Source of the DNA: Thecamonas trahens ATCC 50062
Taxonomy: Eukaryota > Protista > Apusomonadida
Direction: 5' to 3'
Assembly (NCBI RefSeq): GCF_000142905.1
Contig: NW_013657645.1
Coordinates: 1 to 64,000, forward strand
Length of the DNA: 64,000 nucleotides
Position numbers and translations under genes: made by a program
In this document: positions 51,566 to 62,803 of the stretch, in pieces
How positions within the stretch are numbered: position 1 is the stretch's first letter
Layout of the letters: each line of letters begins with the position of its first letter
The notes under the pieces: model-generated
Told to the model about the DNA's origin: nothing
Databases searched by the model: none
Seen by the model: the letters and a program-made list of their open reading frames with translations, nothing else

Positions 51566-52423
51566 TCAGTTCTCATTGTCCGCCTCGCTGTGGGTCGCTT
51601 CCCACTCGTACATCACATCCGATCGGAACACATACTTGTAGACGCCATCGGTGGTGTGCGGGGTGCCCTCGTGGAACGGCGAGGCGTAGCATGGTCCGTG
51701 CTCAAAGAACAGCGCACGCCCTGCTGCCGGTGCAACCTTAATCGGCTCCACCTCGCCGGGTTCGCTTGCAAACGATGTCCGCCCTTCTGGGTAGAACGTC
51801 GTCTCACCGCCTTCGAGCCCGCCACCGAGGTAGATGAGAAAGGTGAGCATGCTGACCTGGCGAGCACTTCGCGGATAGGCGCCATCAAAGTGTGGGAGGA
51901 AGACCTCATCGCGCGCGTATCGGTACAGCCGGATACGGTTGTTGAGCATCGCTTCGCCTGCGGGCATCAGCCGCCACGACCCGCTTGTCTTGCTCTCGCC
52001 AGGCGGCGGTCGTGCGTCCACCGTCTCGGGAAGCAGCGCAAAGATTCGTTGTGCGATGGCCGCCAGAAACTCATCGCTGGCCTCAAACATCAGCCGCATG
52101 TTTGTCCGGACATCCGGCATCAACCTTGGTCCGGCTGCTGTCGTCACCGGTGCGACCGTAAACCCGATGGCTTCGCCCGCAGCGACCACCGCCTCTGCCT
52201 CTGCCTTGGACAGCACGTCATCCACCACAAACGCGCCTGGGACGCCTTCGATGTCTCTCCTCACCAGTCCTCCATCGGTATCACCATCGCCATCGATGTG
52301 CTCAACTGCGCTCGTTAGCTCGAGCCCGACCGGGTGCGGATGGACAACGCATGCCCGCGCCAGCTCGTCAGAGCTCAACTCGCTCGCTTTGCGCCCATCT
52401 TCTGCACTCTGACTTGCTCCCAT
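51566..52423 (-). CDS. 2OG-Fe(II) dioxygenase (prolyl-4-hydroxylase-like); possible N-myristoylation (MGASQS)
   Basis: RLYRY..FLPHFDG, GGETTF, HEG, KYVFRSDVMY. Confidence 0.85.
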   Translation of the reverse strand: MGASQSAEDGRKASELSSDELARACVVHPHPVGLELTSAVEHIDGDGDTDGGLVRRDIEGVPGAFVVDDVLSKAEAEAVVAAGEAIGFTVAPVTTAAGPRLMPDVRTNMRLMFEASDEFLAAIAQRIFALLPETVDARPPPGESKTSGSWRLMPAGEAMLNNRIRLYRYARDEVFLPHFDGAYPRSARQVSMLTFLIYLGGGLEGGETTFYPEGRTSFASEPGEVEPIKVAPAAGRALFFEHGPCYASPFHEGTPHTTDGVYKYVFRSDVMYEWEATHSEADNEN

Positions 52424-52845
52424 GACAATGGATGGCTGGCTATCGGCGATGAGTGCTACTTGCCATAGCCGCAGCCGCTCTCGGCTTCGCCGCAGCGTTC
52501 TGTATTTGTCAGTGACCAAATAGAACAGTTGTTCTTCCATTGTCGACTGACTGCCTCGGACACCGAAGCCAGCTTCCATCATCATTCATCCTCCGCGCAC
52601 CCTGCTTCCAACATCCTCTTTACCACCACCTACACGTTACGTTCACGCTTCCACAAATGCTTTCATCTGCCTCGATCCGCACCTCCAAGCCGGCGGGCAG
52701 CCTTGTTCTACGCCTTTTTCGTGGACCTCTCTTTTTTACGCGTCTAACGCGTCACAGTTTTTTCCCGCTACCTTGACAAAACCCGCACTGCTTGTGTAGC
52801 GTTGCCGCCGGCGACGTTTGTAGCCATAGCTAGAAGACTGGAATC

Positions 52846-53906
52846 ATGCTCCGATTGGGAACCATGCTGCCGCTGGCAGCAGCTGCGGCACCGACTGTTG
52901 CGTCGGCCTTGGCGCCGGCTGTCGGCGCTGCGGCATCGCGGGTGATGGCACGGACATTTCTGACTCGCGTCCACACAGGGACAGTCAAGACCAAGGAGGT
53001 ATTTGGCAAGTATAAGGCTGTGCTTGAGCCTGGCCTCCACTTCTACATTCCGTTTGTGACCGAGATTTCGCCCGAGTTGTCGACCCGAGTTGAGCTCATC
53101 GACGTCCAGTCGTGGAGCAAGACCAAGGACGGCGCGTTTGCCAGCGTTGACATCCAGCACGCGGTGCGGATGCGGGCCAACGAGGAGGACGTCTGTGCCT
53201 TTGTGTACAACATCGACGACTTCAAGGAGATTCTCACCGCGCGGACGATGAACCTCATCCGCTCGACAACCTCGCAGGTCACTCTCGACCAGCTGTTCGA
53301 GTCGGAGCACATGCTGGTGGCCGAAGTCGAGGAGACGCTCCACCCGTGGGCGTCCAAGTACGGCGTGACCGTCGAATCGACGTCGGTGGTGAGCATCACG
53401 CCCGAGGCTGCCGTCCGCAAAGCTATGAACGCTGTCCTCATTGCCGACCGCGAGCGCGAGGCCACCCTCCACGCTGCCGAGGCTGAGCGGCTCGAGCTTG
53501 TCGCGCGCGCAGAGGCCGAGAAGCAGCGCAAAGAGTGCAGGGAGAGGGCATCGCTGCCATGCGCCAGGCCATCATGGCCGGCTACAACCGCTCCGTCGCA
53601 GAGTTTGTTGCTGCCTCGGGCGTTGATGCCACCGAGGCTGCCCGCATTGCCACAACAGTTGACTACCTCGACACTCTGCGCCAGATGGCCCGCGAAGGCG
53701 GCGTCATCTTCATGCCCTACGGCCCGTCGTCCGATGCGCTCGGCGGCAGCCCGCCTACATCCGCTGCACACGCGGCGGCCCCGCCCATCGACCCAGCAAC
53801 TCTCGAGCTCGCCATTTCCAAGGGCGTCCTCACTGCCAACGCTGTCACCGACGCCAAGGCAAAGACGGCCGAGGCCAAGGCGGCTGCAACGTCGCAAACC
53901 TCATAG
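52846..53906 (+). CDS. SPFH/band-7 (stomatin/HIR-like) protein; frame break near 53536
   Basis: FGKYKAVLEPGLHFYIPF, KTKD, TLDQLFE, VRKAMN. EAEKQRKE[L]QGEGIA is restored by one extra base. Confidence 0.88.
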
Positions 53907-53936
53907 CAGCAGAGCCGCAATACACACGACAGCCAA

Positions 53937-56850
53937 CTACATATACGCCTCGTACTCTGCCATTTTGGCCCGCCACGCCATGATGGCGTCGCGCTCGACT
54001 CGCTGCGGCGCCTCATCCGCCAGCGGCGCAAGGTCGATCAGTGCCCGAGAGCACTTGGGCGAGACGAGCGAGCCCGCCGCAAAGAGAAGCGGGATGTCCG
54101 ATGGCGGATAGTGGAGCCTGTTCGCGAGCTCCTCGGGTGTCACTGCCACTCTCTGCGCCCCGCGCGAGCCGTCCAGCGCCAGCGAGAGTCCCGAGCTCGG
54201 GCCGGCCGCGGCGTCGGCGGTCACAAGCGCCTCGGCTGCCTGCGCCACCAGACGCGCCTTGAGGAAAGCCTCCTGCAGTCGGTCTTCGATGAGCACAACA
54301 GCCGAGTCGGGCGGCATGTCCAAGGAGGCAAAGGCAACGACCGCGTCGAGCGTTGCTCTGATGTGCTCGGCCGCAACCACCGGATGGAGGACTAGGTCCA
54401 TGGCGTTTGGCGAGGCGTTGGCGGTCTCGGTTGGTGTGCAGAGCGCCAGCCGTGAGACACTGCCAGCGTCAATGTCGACTAGCACAAGCTCCGACCCAAA
54501 CTCGGGATCCTTCTTGTGGAGCACCCGGGTGAGCTCTGAGTGCAGCTCGGCGTTGCTGTGCTCGACCACGTCGAACCGCGGCACGCCAGAAAGCACAAAC
54601 TCGGGGGCAAACTTGGCAAGGTACCCGCCAAACAGCGCCCGCCCAAGACTGGCGGTCCGCAAGTCCGGCGCTGGCAGCGCGCTTGTTTTCTCGCCGGCTC
54701 CGGCTGCCGGGACCACCGCCTCGTACGCGGTTCCGGGCATCGGGACAACGCTCAGTCGCTGACGGGTCGCGTCCGGCAGCGCGCGGAGCGTGGCCTCGAC
54801 CAGCTCGGCTCGCCGCGCAGCCTTGGCTGCAGACTCGAGGTCGAGTGATGCGCCTGAGGACTTGCCGTCGCTGTTGCGCAGCACAGGTGCTTCGTCGGCG
54901 TCGGGGGTCGCGTCGGTGGCATCGACGTCAACGCTGCGGCCGACAACCGACCACGCTGCGGTAGTGACGTCAGCGGCAGGCGGCTCGTCGGCGTCGCTCC
55001 CGGCGGGTGTGCCAGCGTCGGTAGCCACATCGGCGTCGAGCTCGGTGGTGAACGAGACGGCTGAGCCCGGCGAATCGACCGCGTCCGACTCGGAGAACGG
55101 TGCCATCTCCATGAGGCGCTGGAAGACTTCGCCGGAGCGAATAAAGTACGAGAGGACGGCCATGAGGCGGAGGACCTTGGCCTTGTCCTTGCCGACGACC
55201 ACAGTCCGCGACACCATGCTTCGTCCGCCGCCCTTGCCGAACAGCTCGCACAGCTGGGCAAGGCCCGGGTCCGAGTGTGGGCGATGGCGGTAGCCAATGT
55301 GCGGCCGGGCGAGGGCGTCGAGCTCAAAGCCTGCCGGCGCAACAGTGCTAACCCATCCGAGATGCGAGGTGAGAACAGCGGTGATGGCGGCGGCGAGAAA
55401 GCTGCGTGAGCGAGTCTGGGCCTTGGGTCCAGCAAGCACGCCCGACGCCGCCCACAGCAGGTGCTCCATCAACTCAGAGAGCGCCCGCATGCGGGCGCTG
55501 GGAAAGGCCACCACCGTGAGCCAGAGCGGCTCGGCGAGCCGCGGCGCAGTGTACAGCCGCCACACACTGTCAAGGGTCGCGACAAGGAGCTGCGGGAGCG
55601 GAGGTGTGCGGAAGAGCGCGCCGCGCGCAAGTCGCGGGAGCTGCGACCGCGATGCGCCGCCGAGGCTCCGCTTTGACGCCGCATAGCACGAGACAGGAAA
55701 GCCCGGAGTTGCGACAGCGGCGGCGGCCGCCGCTGCGGTAGCTTCGTCCACCAGACCGAGCACACGGAGCGGGTGGTGGACCATGGCTGTGAGGACCGGG
55801 AGGAGCTCGCGACGAAGGCTCGCCAACATGCACTCGAGGAGCGGAAAGTGGGCAAAGACAAGCCGCTCGAGCGCGGGCGCGTGCTCCACCTCAAACAAGA
55901 TGCCGAGCGCAAAGTTGGTGCGGAGGACTCGCGGTGGGAGCAGAATGTAGTCGTCATCATCGTCATCGTCTTCATCGCCGGCCGGCTTGCCACTTGAAGG
56001 CGACTTGCCGTCGCTCGGCGAGCGGGAGCGGACCTTGGTGACGGCGGCGGCGCGTGCTGCCTGGAGCGCCGCGTTGGGTGAGCGCGGCGAGCGAGCCGAG
56101 GCCGAGCGGGTGCGCAGGGTAGCCGATGCCGACGCTGCGGTGCCGGACGACGAGGAACAGGTGGCGTACGGCGACATGCGGAACGACGACCGTGAGCCGC
56201 ACTTGAGCGCCGAGTCAGTGAACGAGCCGGAGCGCGGGCGGGAGGCGCGCGAGCGGACACGCTGTGGTGGAAGTGTGACGGTCACCGTGAGGACAGAGGA
56301 GACCAGGACTCGACGCGGGTGGCGGAGAACGTGGATCTTGATGTTGTCACCCTTGGTCAAGAGCGGTGTGGCACCAAACATCATCTCGGGAATGATCGAC
56401 GGTGGCCGCGAGCGTGGCGGCGTGGTCGCACCGCCGGTATGCGCCGCGCCCGCAGCCGACCGTGGTGGAACCGGGGGGCGCTTTGCGGATGTTGTGGATG
56501 AGGCAACCGATGAGCCGCGCGAGGAGCGGCCACCGCGAGCGGCTGCAGCAGATGCAGACATTGCAGAGATGGGGCGGCGGCGGGGAGGGAGGCCGGTGGC
56601 GTCAGTGCCACGCGACGGCGAACCCGGCGGCGAGGGAGTCGGCGACGGCGACGGTGAGCTCCCAGCAAGCGAGTCGTACAACACGACACCGCCCTTGGAG
56701 CCGGACTGCTGATAAACGAGGAGGCGGAGCGCCGACGGGTCAGATTCGGGTGGCGGTAGCCATCTTCGCAGAGAATAGTGTGAGTCATTGCCGGTAGGCC
56801 GGTAGTGTAGATCACGCGCTGCGCCCCATGATAAGATCTTGAGTCTCCGA
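53937..56850 (-). CDS. FNIP: Folliculin-interacting protein (FNIP/Lst4 family); true start uncertain (open frame extends to 57071)
   Basis: RLLVYQ..VLYDS, EMMFG..KGDNIKIH, FLAAAITAVLTSHLGWVSTV, RTVVVGK..LSYFIR, GRALFGGY..PEFVLSG, IEDRLQE. Confidence 0.88.
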
Positions 56851-58189
56851 TCGTGGGCCAGGGGAAGGGGGGGGGGGAGGCGATGGGAGGCTGAGAAGAG
56901 GGGAGCGATCGTGGGCTCGGAAGGGGAGCGATCATGAGCTAGGGAGGGGAGCGATGGTGGGCACTTGCCGACCTGTGCACTTCCATCTCCCTCCAGCCTC
57001 ATCCCACACCTCGACCGATGATCCCCTCCCCCCCCAGCCCCCCCACCCACCTCCACTCCCACCTCAACCAATCCATGGATGACGAGACGACCTTGTGACC
57101 ATGTACCATGTGACCAGCCCTGACGACGACGACAAGCCCCTCCCAGCCATGCCCATGCTCATGCACACACACACACACACAGCTGGTCACATGCACTTCA
57201 TCCTTCTCGACACACTCCCCAACAATATCTATTACCATGGCAATGCCTCTCCCTCCCCCCCCCTCTTCTTCCCAACACCAGGNNNNNNNNNNNNNNNNNN
57301 NNNNNNNNNNNNNNNNNNNNNNNNNNNNNNNNNNNNNNNNNNNNNNNNNNNNNNNNNNNNNNNNNNNNNNNNNNNNNNNNNNNNNNNNNNNNNNNNNNNN
57401 NNNNNNNNNNNNNNNNNNNNNNNNNNNNNNNNNNNNNNNNNNNNNNNNNNNNNNNNNNNNNNNNNNNNNNNNNNNNNNNNNNNNNNNNNNNNNNNNNNNN
57501 NNNNNNNNNNNNNNNNNNNNNNNNNNNNNNNNNNNNNNNNNNNNNNNNNNNNNNNNNNNNNNNNNNNNNNNNNNNNNNNNNNNNNNNNNNNNNNNNNNNN
57601 NNNNNNNNNNNNNNNNNNNNNNNNNNNNNNNNNNNNNNNNNNNNNNNNNNNNNNNNNNNNNNNNNNNNNNNNNNNNNNNNNNNNNNNNNNNNNNNNNNNN
57701 NNNNNNNNNNNNGGGGGGGGATGGGCATAATGATGAGGGAGAAACAGACATTGTAGCACAGGACCGCATATGGTTAGACACTCGATATGTAGTGGATGAG
57801 TACGTATGGCCACTGTCTCCTGCTCTCTAGCACAATGGGTGAGAGCTGGGAATGGTCTCTCTGCCAGGGAGCCCCAGGTCTTGATCATGGTGGGGGTGGA
57901 GGGGGTGGACATGATCGATCGACCCATCGAAACAAACAGACAGTATTGTACATATTCCCATACACTTAGATACACACTCTGCAGTGGATGTGAAAGTATG
58001 ACCACTGTCTGTCTCCTCCTGATCCACACCTGTCAGCCGTCGAGCTGCGCCCCCCTCCCGCCCTTCGCCGCCCCATGGGACTCCCCTCAGCCCCCGTCAC
58101 CTCGCCTCGACAGCACCACTCCACTCACACACCTGTAACTGTGGGTTTAGACAAGGCATCGTTCTGAAAGTTGGCACGGAGGACGGAGG

Positions 58190-60268
58190 ATGAGTCGGCA
58201 AGATACACTGCTGGCGTGGGCGTTCACAGGGATGTTAATCGTCCTCGCCATGTCTGTTTATGCAGGCTCGGTCTCGGGCTCGTTTGCCTTTGACGACCAC
58301 TTTGCCATCACAGGCAACTTGGCTCTGCGACCTTCTTCGCCGTGGCGCGCTATTTGGGATACGGATTTCTGGGGACAAGATGCGAGCTCGGAGACATCGC
58401 ACAAGTCATGGCGACCGCTGACGGCTGCCTCTTTCCGTGCATCGTACATGCTTGCAGCTGCCTTGCTGCCAAACGCGCCGTCATCTGTGGATGATCCCGC
58501 TTGGGACGCCTTTGCAAAGTCAGACGATGTCGCTGCCCACTTTCGCACCGTCAACATTGTGCTTCACGGCATGTGCACTGCGGTGTTGTTCTGGTTGCTT
58601 CGGAGTGTAGTTCTGGTGCCCATCGGGGACGTGAGCATGCGATCGGACGTGGCCCTTGCTTCAGCCGCGCTCTTTGGTGTCCATCCGGTCCACGTCGAGG
58701 CTGTGGCGGGTATTGTCGGTCGCGCAGAGCTCCTGTGTGCGCTAATGTACATGGGAGCAATGGGCGTGTGGATGGCCTGGCTTGTTGAGGCCGAGACGCC
58801 GGCAAGGCAAGCGGTGGCAGGCATGATCTTTGCGCTCGCCGCTGCCGGTGCAGTGCTTGCCAAGGAGACCGGCTTTACGCTCATTGCGGTGCTTATCGGA
58901 TACGAGGCTCTTCGTGCGACAGTGCGTGGTGCGCTGCCGCGAGCGGCGTGTCTTCGGATTGCTGCGCTTGTCGCAGGCGGGTGTGTGTACATGGCTGTCC
59001 GCCTGGGCATCACTGTCACGTTCAACCTCTCCAACTACCGCCATCTCGAAAACCCGATCGCGTACGAGCGCGGCAGTCTGCTTTGGGCCAACATTGTGCT
59101 CCTTGCGGGAGAGTACGGGCGGCTTCTTGTCTGGCCGGCAGTCATGTGCGCCGACTACTCGTTCAACGCCATTCCACTGGCGCGGTCGTGGGCCGATGCG
59201 CGGGTGGTGGCAGCGACAGTCGGGCTCATTGTGTTAGCCTGCGCCGGGCTCGAAGCAGGCCGCCGGGTTGTGTGTCATCGGTCGCGGCCGGCGCTCGCGG
59301 CAGCGCTGCTGCTTGGCTGGCTGGTGGCGACGTATCTGCCGGCGTCGAACGTGCTCTTTTTTGTCGGTACCATGGTCGGTGAGCGGCTGCTGTACCTGCC
59401 GTCGGCGACGTGCTGTGGGCTGGCGGCGTGGGCGGCGTACGCGGCGCTCGGTGGCGCTGGGTGGCGGCGACAGGCCGGCTCGCGGGCGGCGTTCTTTGCG
59501 TTGCTAGGCATCGCCATAGCGCTCGGGGCGGGGCGGACGGCATCGCGCGGGCAGGACTGGATGTCGGAGGAGGCGCTGTTCGGCTCTGCGGCGAACGAGG
59601 GCAAGTGCGCGGGCTCGGCCAAGGTCCAGATGCACGCCGGCATTCTGGCACGACGGTCCGAGGATTGGGACGAGGCGCTGCGGCGGTTCAAGGTTGCGCT
59701 CGCCATCGAGCCCGAGTACTGCGCCAACCACTACTGGCTCGGGGTGACGTACCTGGTCAAGGACGATCTGCGCATGGCCGTATCCGAGCTACAGATCGCC
59801 ATGACCTGCAAGTATGTGGTCCACAAAACTGGGCCTGTCCTCATTAGCATCTACACCCGCCTCGTTCATGAGTACCCGGGCAACGCGGTGTACTACGGCG
59901 ACCTTGCCAAGATATTCGTGGCGCTCAACAACCCGGAGCGAGCTCTGCAGGCGCTGGAGACTGCGCTGGCGCTTAACCCGACGCTGGCGCCGTTCCACGA
60001 ACTGCGGGTGGCGATCATGGAGCGAGCTGGGGTGGGCAACGCGGACGAGGCGCGGGCGCTTCAGAAGCGGGTGTCGCAGCTGGTAGCGGTGGCAACCGAT
60101 GTGACCAAGGCGCGCGAGGTTGTCAGCCGCGCGCCTGCGAGCGAGCGGGCAGCGCTGAAGCAGCAGCTGGCGACGCTGGCGGCGCTGGCCATGAGCAGCG
60201 AGCAAGACGTGACGGGCGTGCTGGGGCGGGCACGGGTGCTGGAGATTGTGGGCCGGAAGGAGGGATGA
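58190..60268 (+). CDS. TMTC-family protein O-mannosyltransferase (TM region, DUF1736, TPR)
   Basis: FAFDD, DFWG..SHKSWRPL, HPVHVEAVAGIVGRAELL, KETG, ENP, CADYS, VGERLLYLPS; C-terminal TPRs. Confidence 0.92.
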   Translation: MSRQDTLLAWAFTGMLIVLAMSVYAGSVSGSFAFDDHFAITGNLALRPSSPWRAIWDTDFWGQDASSETSHKSWRPLTAASFRASYMLAAALLPNAPSSVDDPAWDAFAKSDDVAAHFRTVNIVLHGMCTAVLFWLLRSVVLVPIGDVSMRSDVALASAALFGVHPVHVEAVAGIVGRAELLCALMYMGAMGVWMAWLVEAETPARQAVAGMIFALAAAGAVLAKETGFTLIAVLIGYEALRATVRGALPRAACLRIAALVAGGCVYMAVRLGITVTFNLSNYRHLENPIAYERGSLLWANIVLLAGEYGRLLVWPAVMCADYSFNAIPLARSWADARVVAATVGLIVLACAGLEAGRRVVCHRSRPALAAALLLGWLVATYLPASNVLFFVGTMVGERLLYLPSATCCGLAAWAAYAALGGAGWRRQAGSRAAFFALLGIAIALGAGRTASRGQDWMSEEALFGSAANEGKCAGSAKVQMHAGILARRSEDWDEALRRFKVALAIEPEYCANHYWLGVTYLVKDDLRMAVSELQIAMTCKYVVHKTGPVLISIYTRLVHEYPGNAVYYGDLAKIFVALNNPERALQALETALALNPTLAPFHELRVAIMERAGVGNADEARALQKRVSQLVAVATDVTKAREVVSRAPASERAALKQQLATLAALAMSSEQDVTGVLGRARVLEIVGRKEG

Positions 60269-60289
60269 GCGGGTGAGAGCAGCGTGTGT

Positions 60290-62336
60290 TTACTCGCCCG
60301 ACGGAGGGATGGGCAGCAGCGGATTGCCGTTCGCGTCGACGTCCTGCTTCTCGCCGGTGAGGACGCCCTTTGCGGTGCCCTTTGCGGCGACCTTTGCCAT
60401 GGACTTGACGCCGATCTGGCGGACGTTTGCGCCGGCCTGGATGACGTTACCGACGGCCTGCAGCGACTCGCCGGTAACGTCGCCGACCTCGTCGCCGTAG
60501 CGATGGGCAACAACGTCGACGGTGGTGGCCGAGACGTCGGTGAGGAGGATGCGGCCGGCCGAGGCAAGCGAGGTGTGGAGGGTGTCAACAGCAACGACGG
60601 TGTTGACGACGACCTGTTTTGCGGCGCGGAGAGCGGGCTTGGACTCGTTGCCAGAGCCGAACTTCTTGCCGATACCGGTCTCGTTGACGGCCTCGGCGAC
60701 CGAGTTGCCGATGGAAAGCGCCATGGCGCGGACGCCCTTGACGAGGGCCGACGAGACGCCGACGGCAGCCTTGGACACGTGGTTGACGTTGTGGACCTTG
60801 GAGCGGACGCCGTCCGAGACCTCGACCGGCTTGGTCTTGGGCTTGATCCGCGACTTGAGCCGCGAGCCGCCGGAGCGGAAGACGCCGCCAAAGAGGGTAG
60901 CGCCGGCAATGAGGCCCGAGCCGACGAGGCGCGAGCCACCCTCGATGCCACCAGCGACCATGCTGAGTGTCGACGAGACGACGCCGCCGGGCGCCTCCTC
61001 GCCACGGCCGTCGTTGACCGGGAGCTGCGCCGCGAGCGCGGCCTCGTCCACAGGCACGATGGCGGTCGACGCCGCCTTGGTCACCGCGTCGTCGCCGGCA
61101 ACGTCGTCGGCGGCCGGAAGCGGCGCTGGGGGCGCCACCTCGGCGGTCTGCTCGTCGTCGTCGTCGTCGCCGCCGCCGCTAGCGGCAGCCTTGGGCTGTG
61201 TCACAACCTCGGCACGGAAGTCGGTGTTCTCCGCGAGGAAGAGCTCAAACTCGGTGACCGAGGCAACGGGCGCGTCGTTGGGCAGGACGACACCGAGGTA
61301 CTGGTCCTCGGGAAGCGGAAGGACGTACGACGCGGGTGCGATGCGGAGAGTAGGCACAAACGCGCCGAGGGTGATCGGGTACGTGTAGTCGTTGACCGAG
61401 AGGAACACAAACATGTCGTCGTCCGCCTTTGCCTCATCGGCGTCGGCGGCGTCGGCATTGGCGTTGGCGCTCGAGTCAACAGCGAGAACCTGTGGAGAGT
61501 GAGTGAGTGAGTGTGTAAGCATGGGTTGGGGACAGGCTAAGTTGTCTGTCCATCATCAAGCAGCCGTCTGCCTTGTCCACCACCACCAAGCAGCCGTCTG
61601 CCTTGTCCACCACCATCAAGCAGCCGTCTGCCTTGTCTACCATCATCAAGCAGCCGTCTGCCTTGTCCACCACCATCAAGCAGCCGTCCGCCTTGTCCAC
61701 CATCATCAAGCAGCCGTCTGCCTTGTCCACCGCCATCAAGCAGCCGTCTGCCTTGTCCACCATCATCAAGCAGCCGTCCGCCTTGTCCACCGCCATCAAG
61801 CAGCCGTCTGCCTTGTCCACCGCCATCAAGCAGTCGTCTGCCTTGTCTACCATCATCAAGCAGCCGTCTGCCTTGTCTACCATCATCAAGCAGCCGTCCG
61901 CCTTGTCCACCATCATCAAGCAGCCGTCCGCCTTGTCCACCATCATCAAGCAGCCGTCTGCCTTGTCCACCGCCATCAAGCAGTCGTCTGCCTTGTCTAC
62001 CATCATCAAGCAGCCGTCTGCCTTGTCCACCGCCATCAAGCAGTCGTCTGCCTTGTCTACCATCATCAAGCAGCCGTCTGCCTTGTCCACCATCATCAAG
62101 CAGCCGTCCGCCTTGTCCACCATCATCAAGCAGCCGTCCGCCTTGTCCACCACCATCAAGCAGCCGTCCGTCTTCTCGTCGACCCCCATCCCCCCCCCCC
62201 TTTCCCCCCTCCTACGACATACCTTCAGCTCGCCCGTGGCGACCAGCTCCTTGGAGGCGCCCGAAATGTGGAAGACATGCGTCTCACCCGCCACCGACAG
62301 CAGCAGGTCGGCAGTCTCTTCAGCACATGCAGCCAT
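60290..62336 (-). CDS. Senescence/spartin-domain protein; exon 1 62223-62336, intron 61490-62222
   Basis: Phase-0 GTATGT...CACAG intron. YVLP region followed by a senescence-like domain ending TVDVVAHRYGDEVG. Confidence 0.78.
61551..62170. repeat. Intronic 30-bp minisatellite, about 21 copies (catcatcaagcagccgtctgccttgtccac)
   Basis: Near-identical tandem units with a few recurring variants. Confidence 0.97.
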
Positions 62337-62475
62337 GGAGAACAATGTGTGGGTGGAGTGTGGAGAGAGAGTGTGTGTGGGGGGGGGGGGGGGGGGGGGG
62401 AAGAGGGGGGTGGCCTCTCCGCTCTGACTTTGGAAGGGAGACTGCTGGCACATGGCAACGTTCCGCAACGTTGCA

Positions 62476-62764
62476 GTTAATCGAGTTGAACGATAAATCC
62501 ATCGTTCAACTCCATTAACTCCCGCCTCCAACGATAAATCCATCGTTCAACTCGATTAACTCCCGCCTCCAACAATAAATCCATCGTTCAACTCGATTAA
62601 CTCCCGCCTCCAACAATAAATCCATCGTTCAACTCGATTAACTCCCGCTCCAACAATAAATCCATCGTTCAACTCGATTAACTCCCGCCTCCAACAATAA
62701 ATCCATCGTTCAACTCGATTAACTCCCGCCTCCAACGATAAATCCATCGTTCAACTCGATTAAC
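62476..62764. repeat. 41-bp tandem array (about 6.5 copies) led by a 19-bp inverted repeat, between divergent genes
   Basis: Unit ataaatccatcgttcaactcgattaactcccgcctccaac[a/g]. The leader gttaatcgagttgaacgat is the reverse complement of atcgttcaactcgattaac. Confidence 0.95.
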
Positions 62765-62803
62765 ACCGACAACGACAGCCACCCCTCTCCCACACCCACA
62801 CCC

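Noticed and set aside
61476-62543. Repeat-protein ORFs (VDKADGCLMM and similar) on both strands
   Set aside because: These are translations of a 30-bp intronic minisatellite; clean splice sites remove it.
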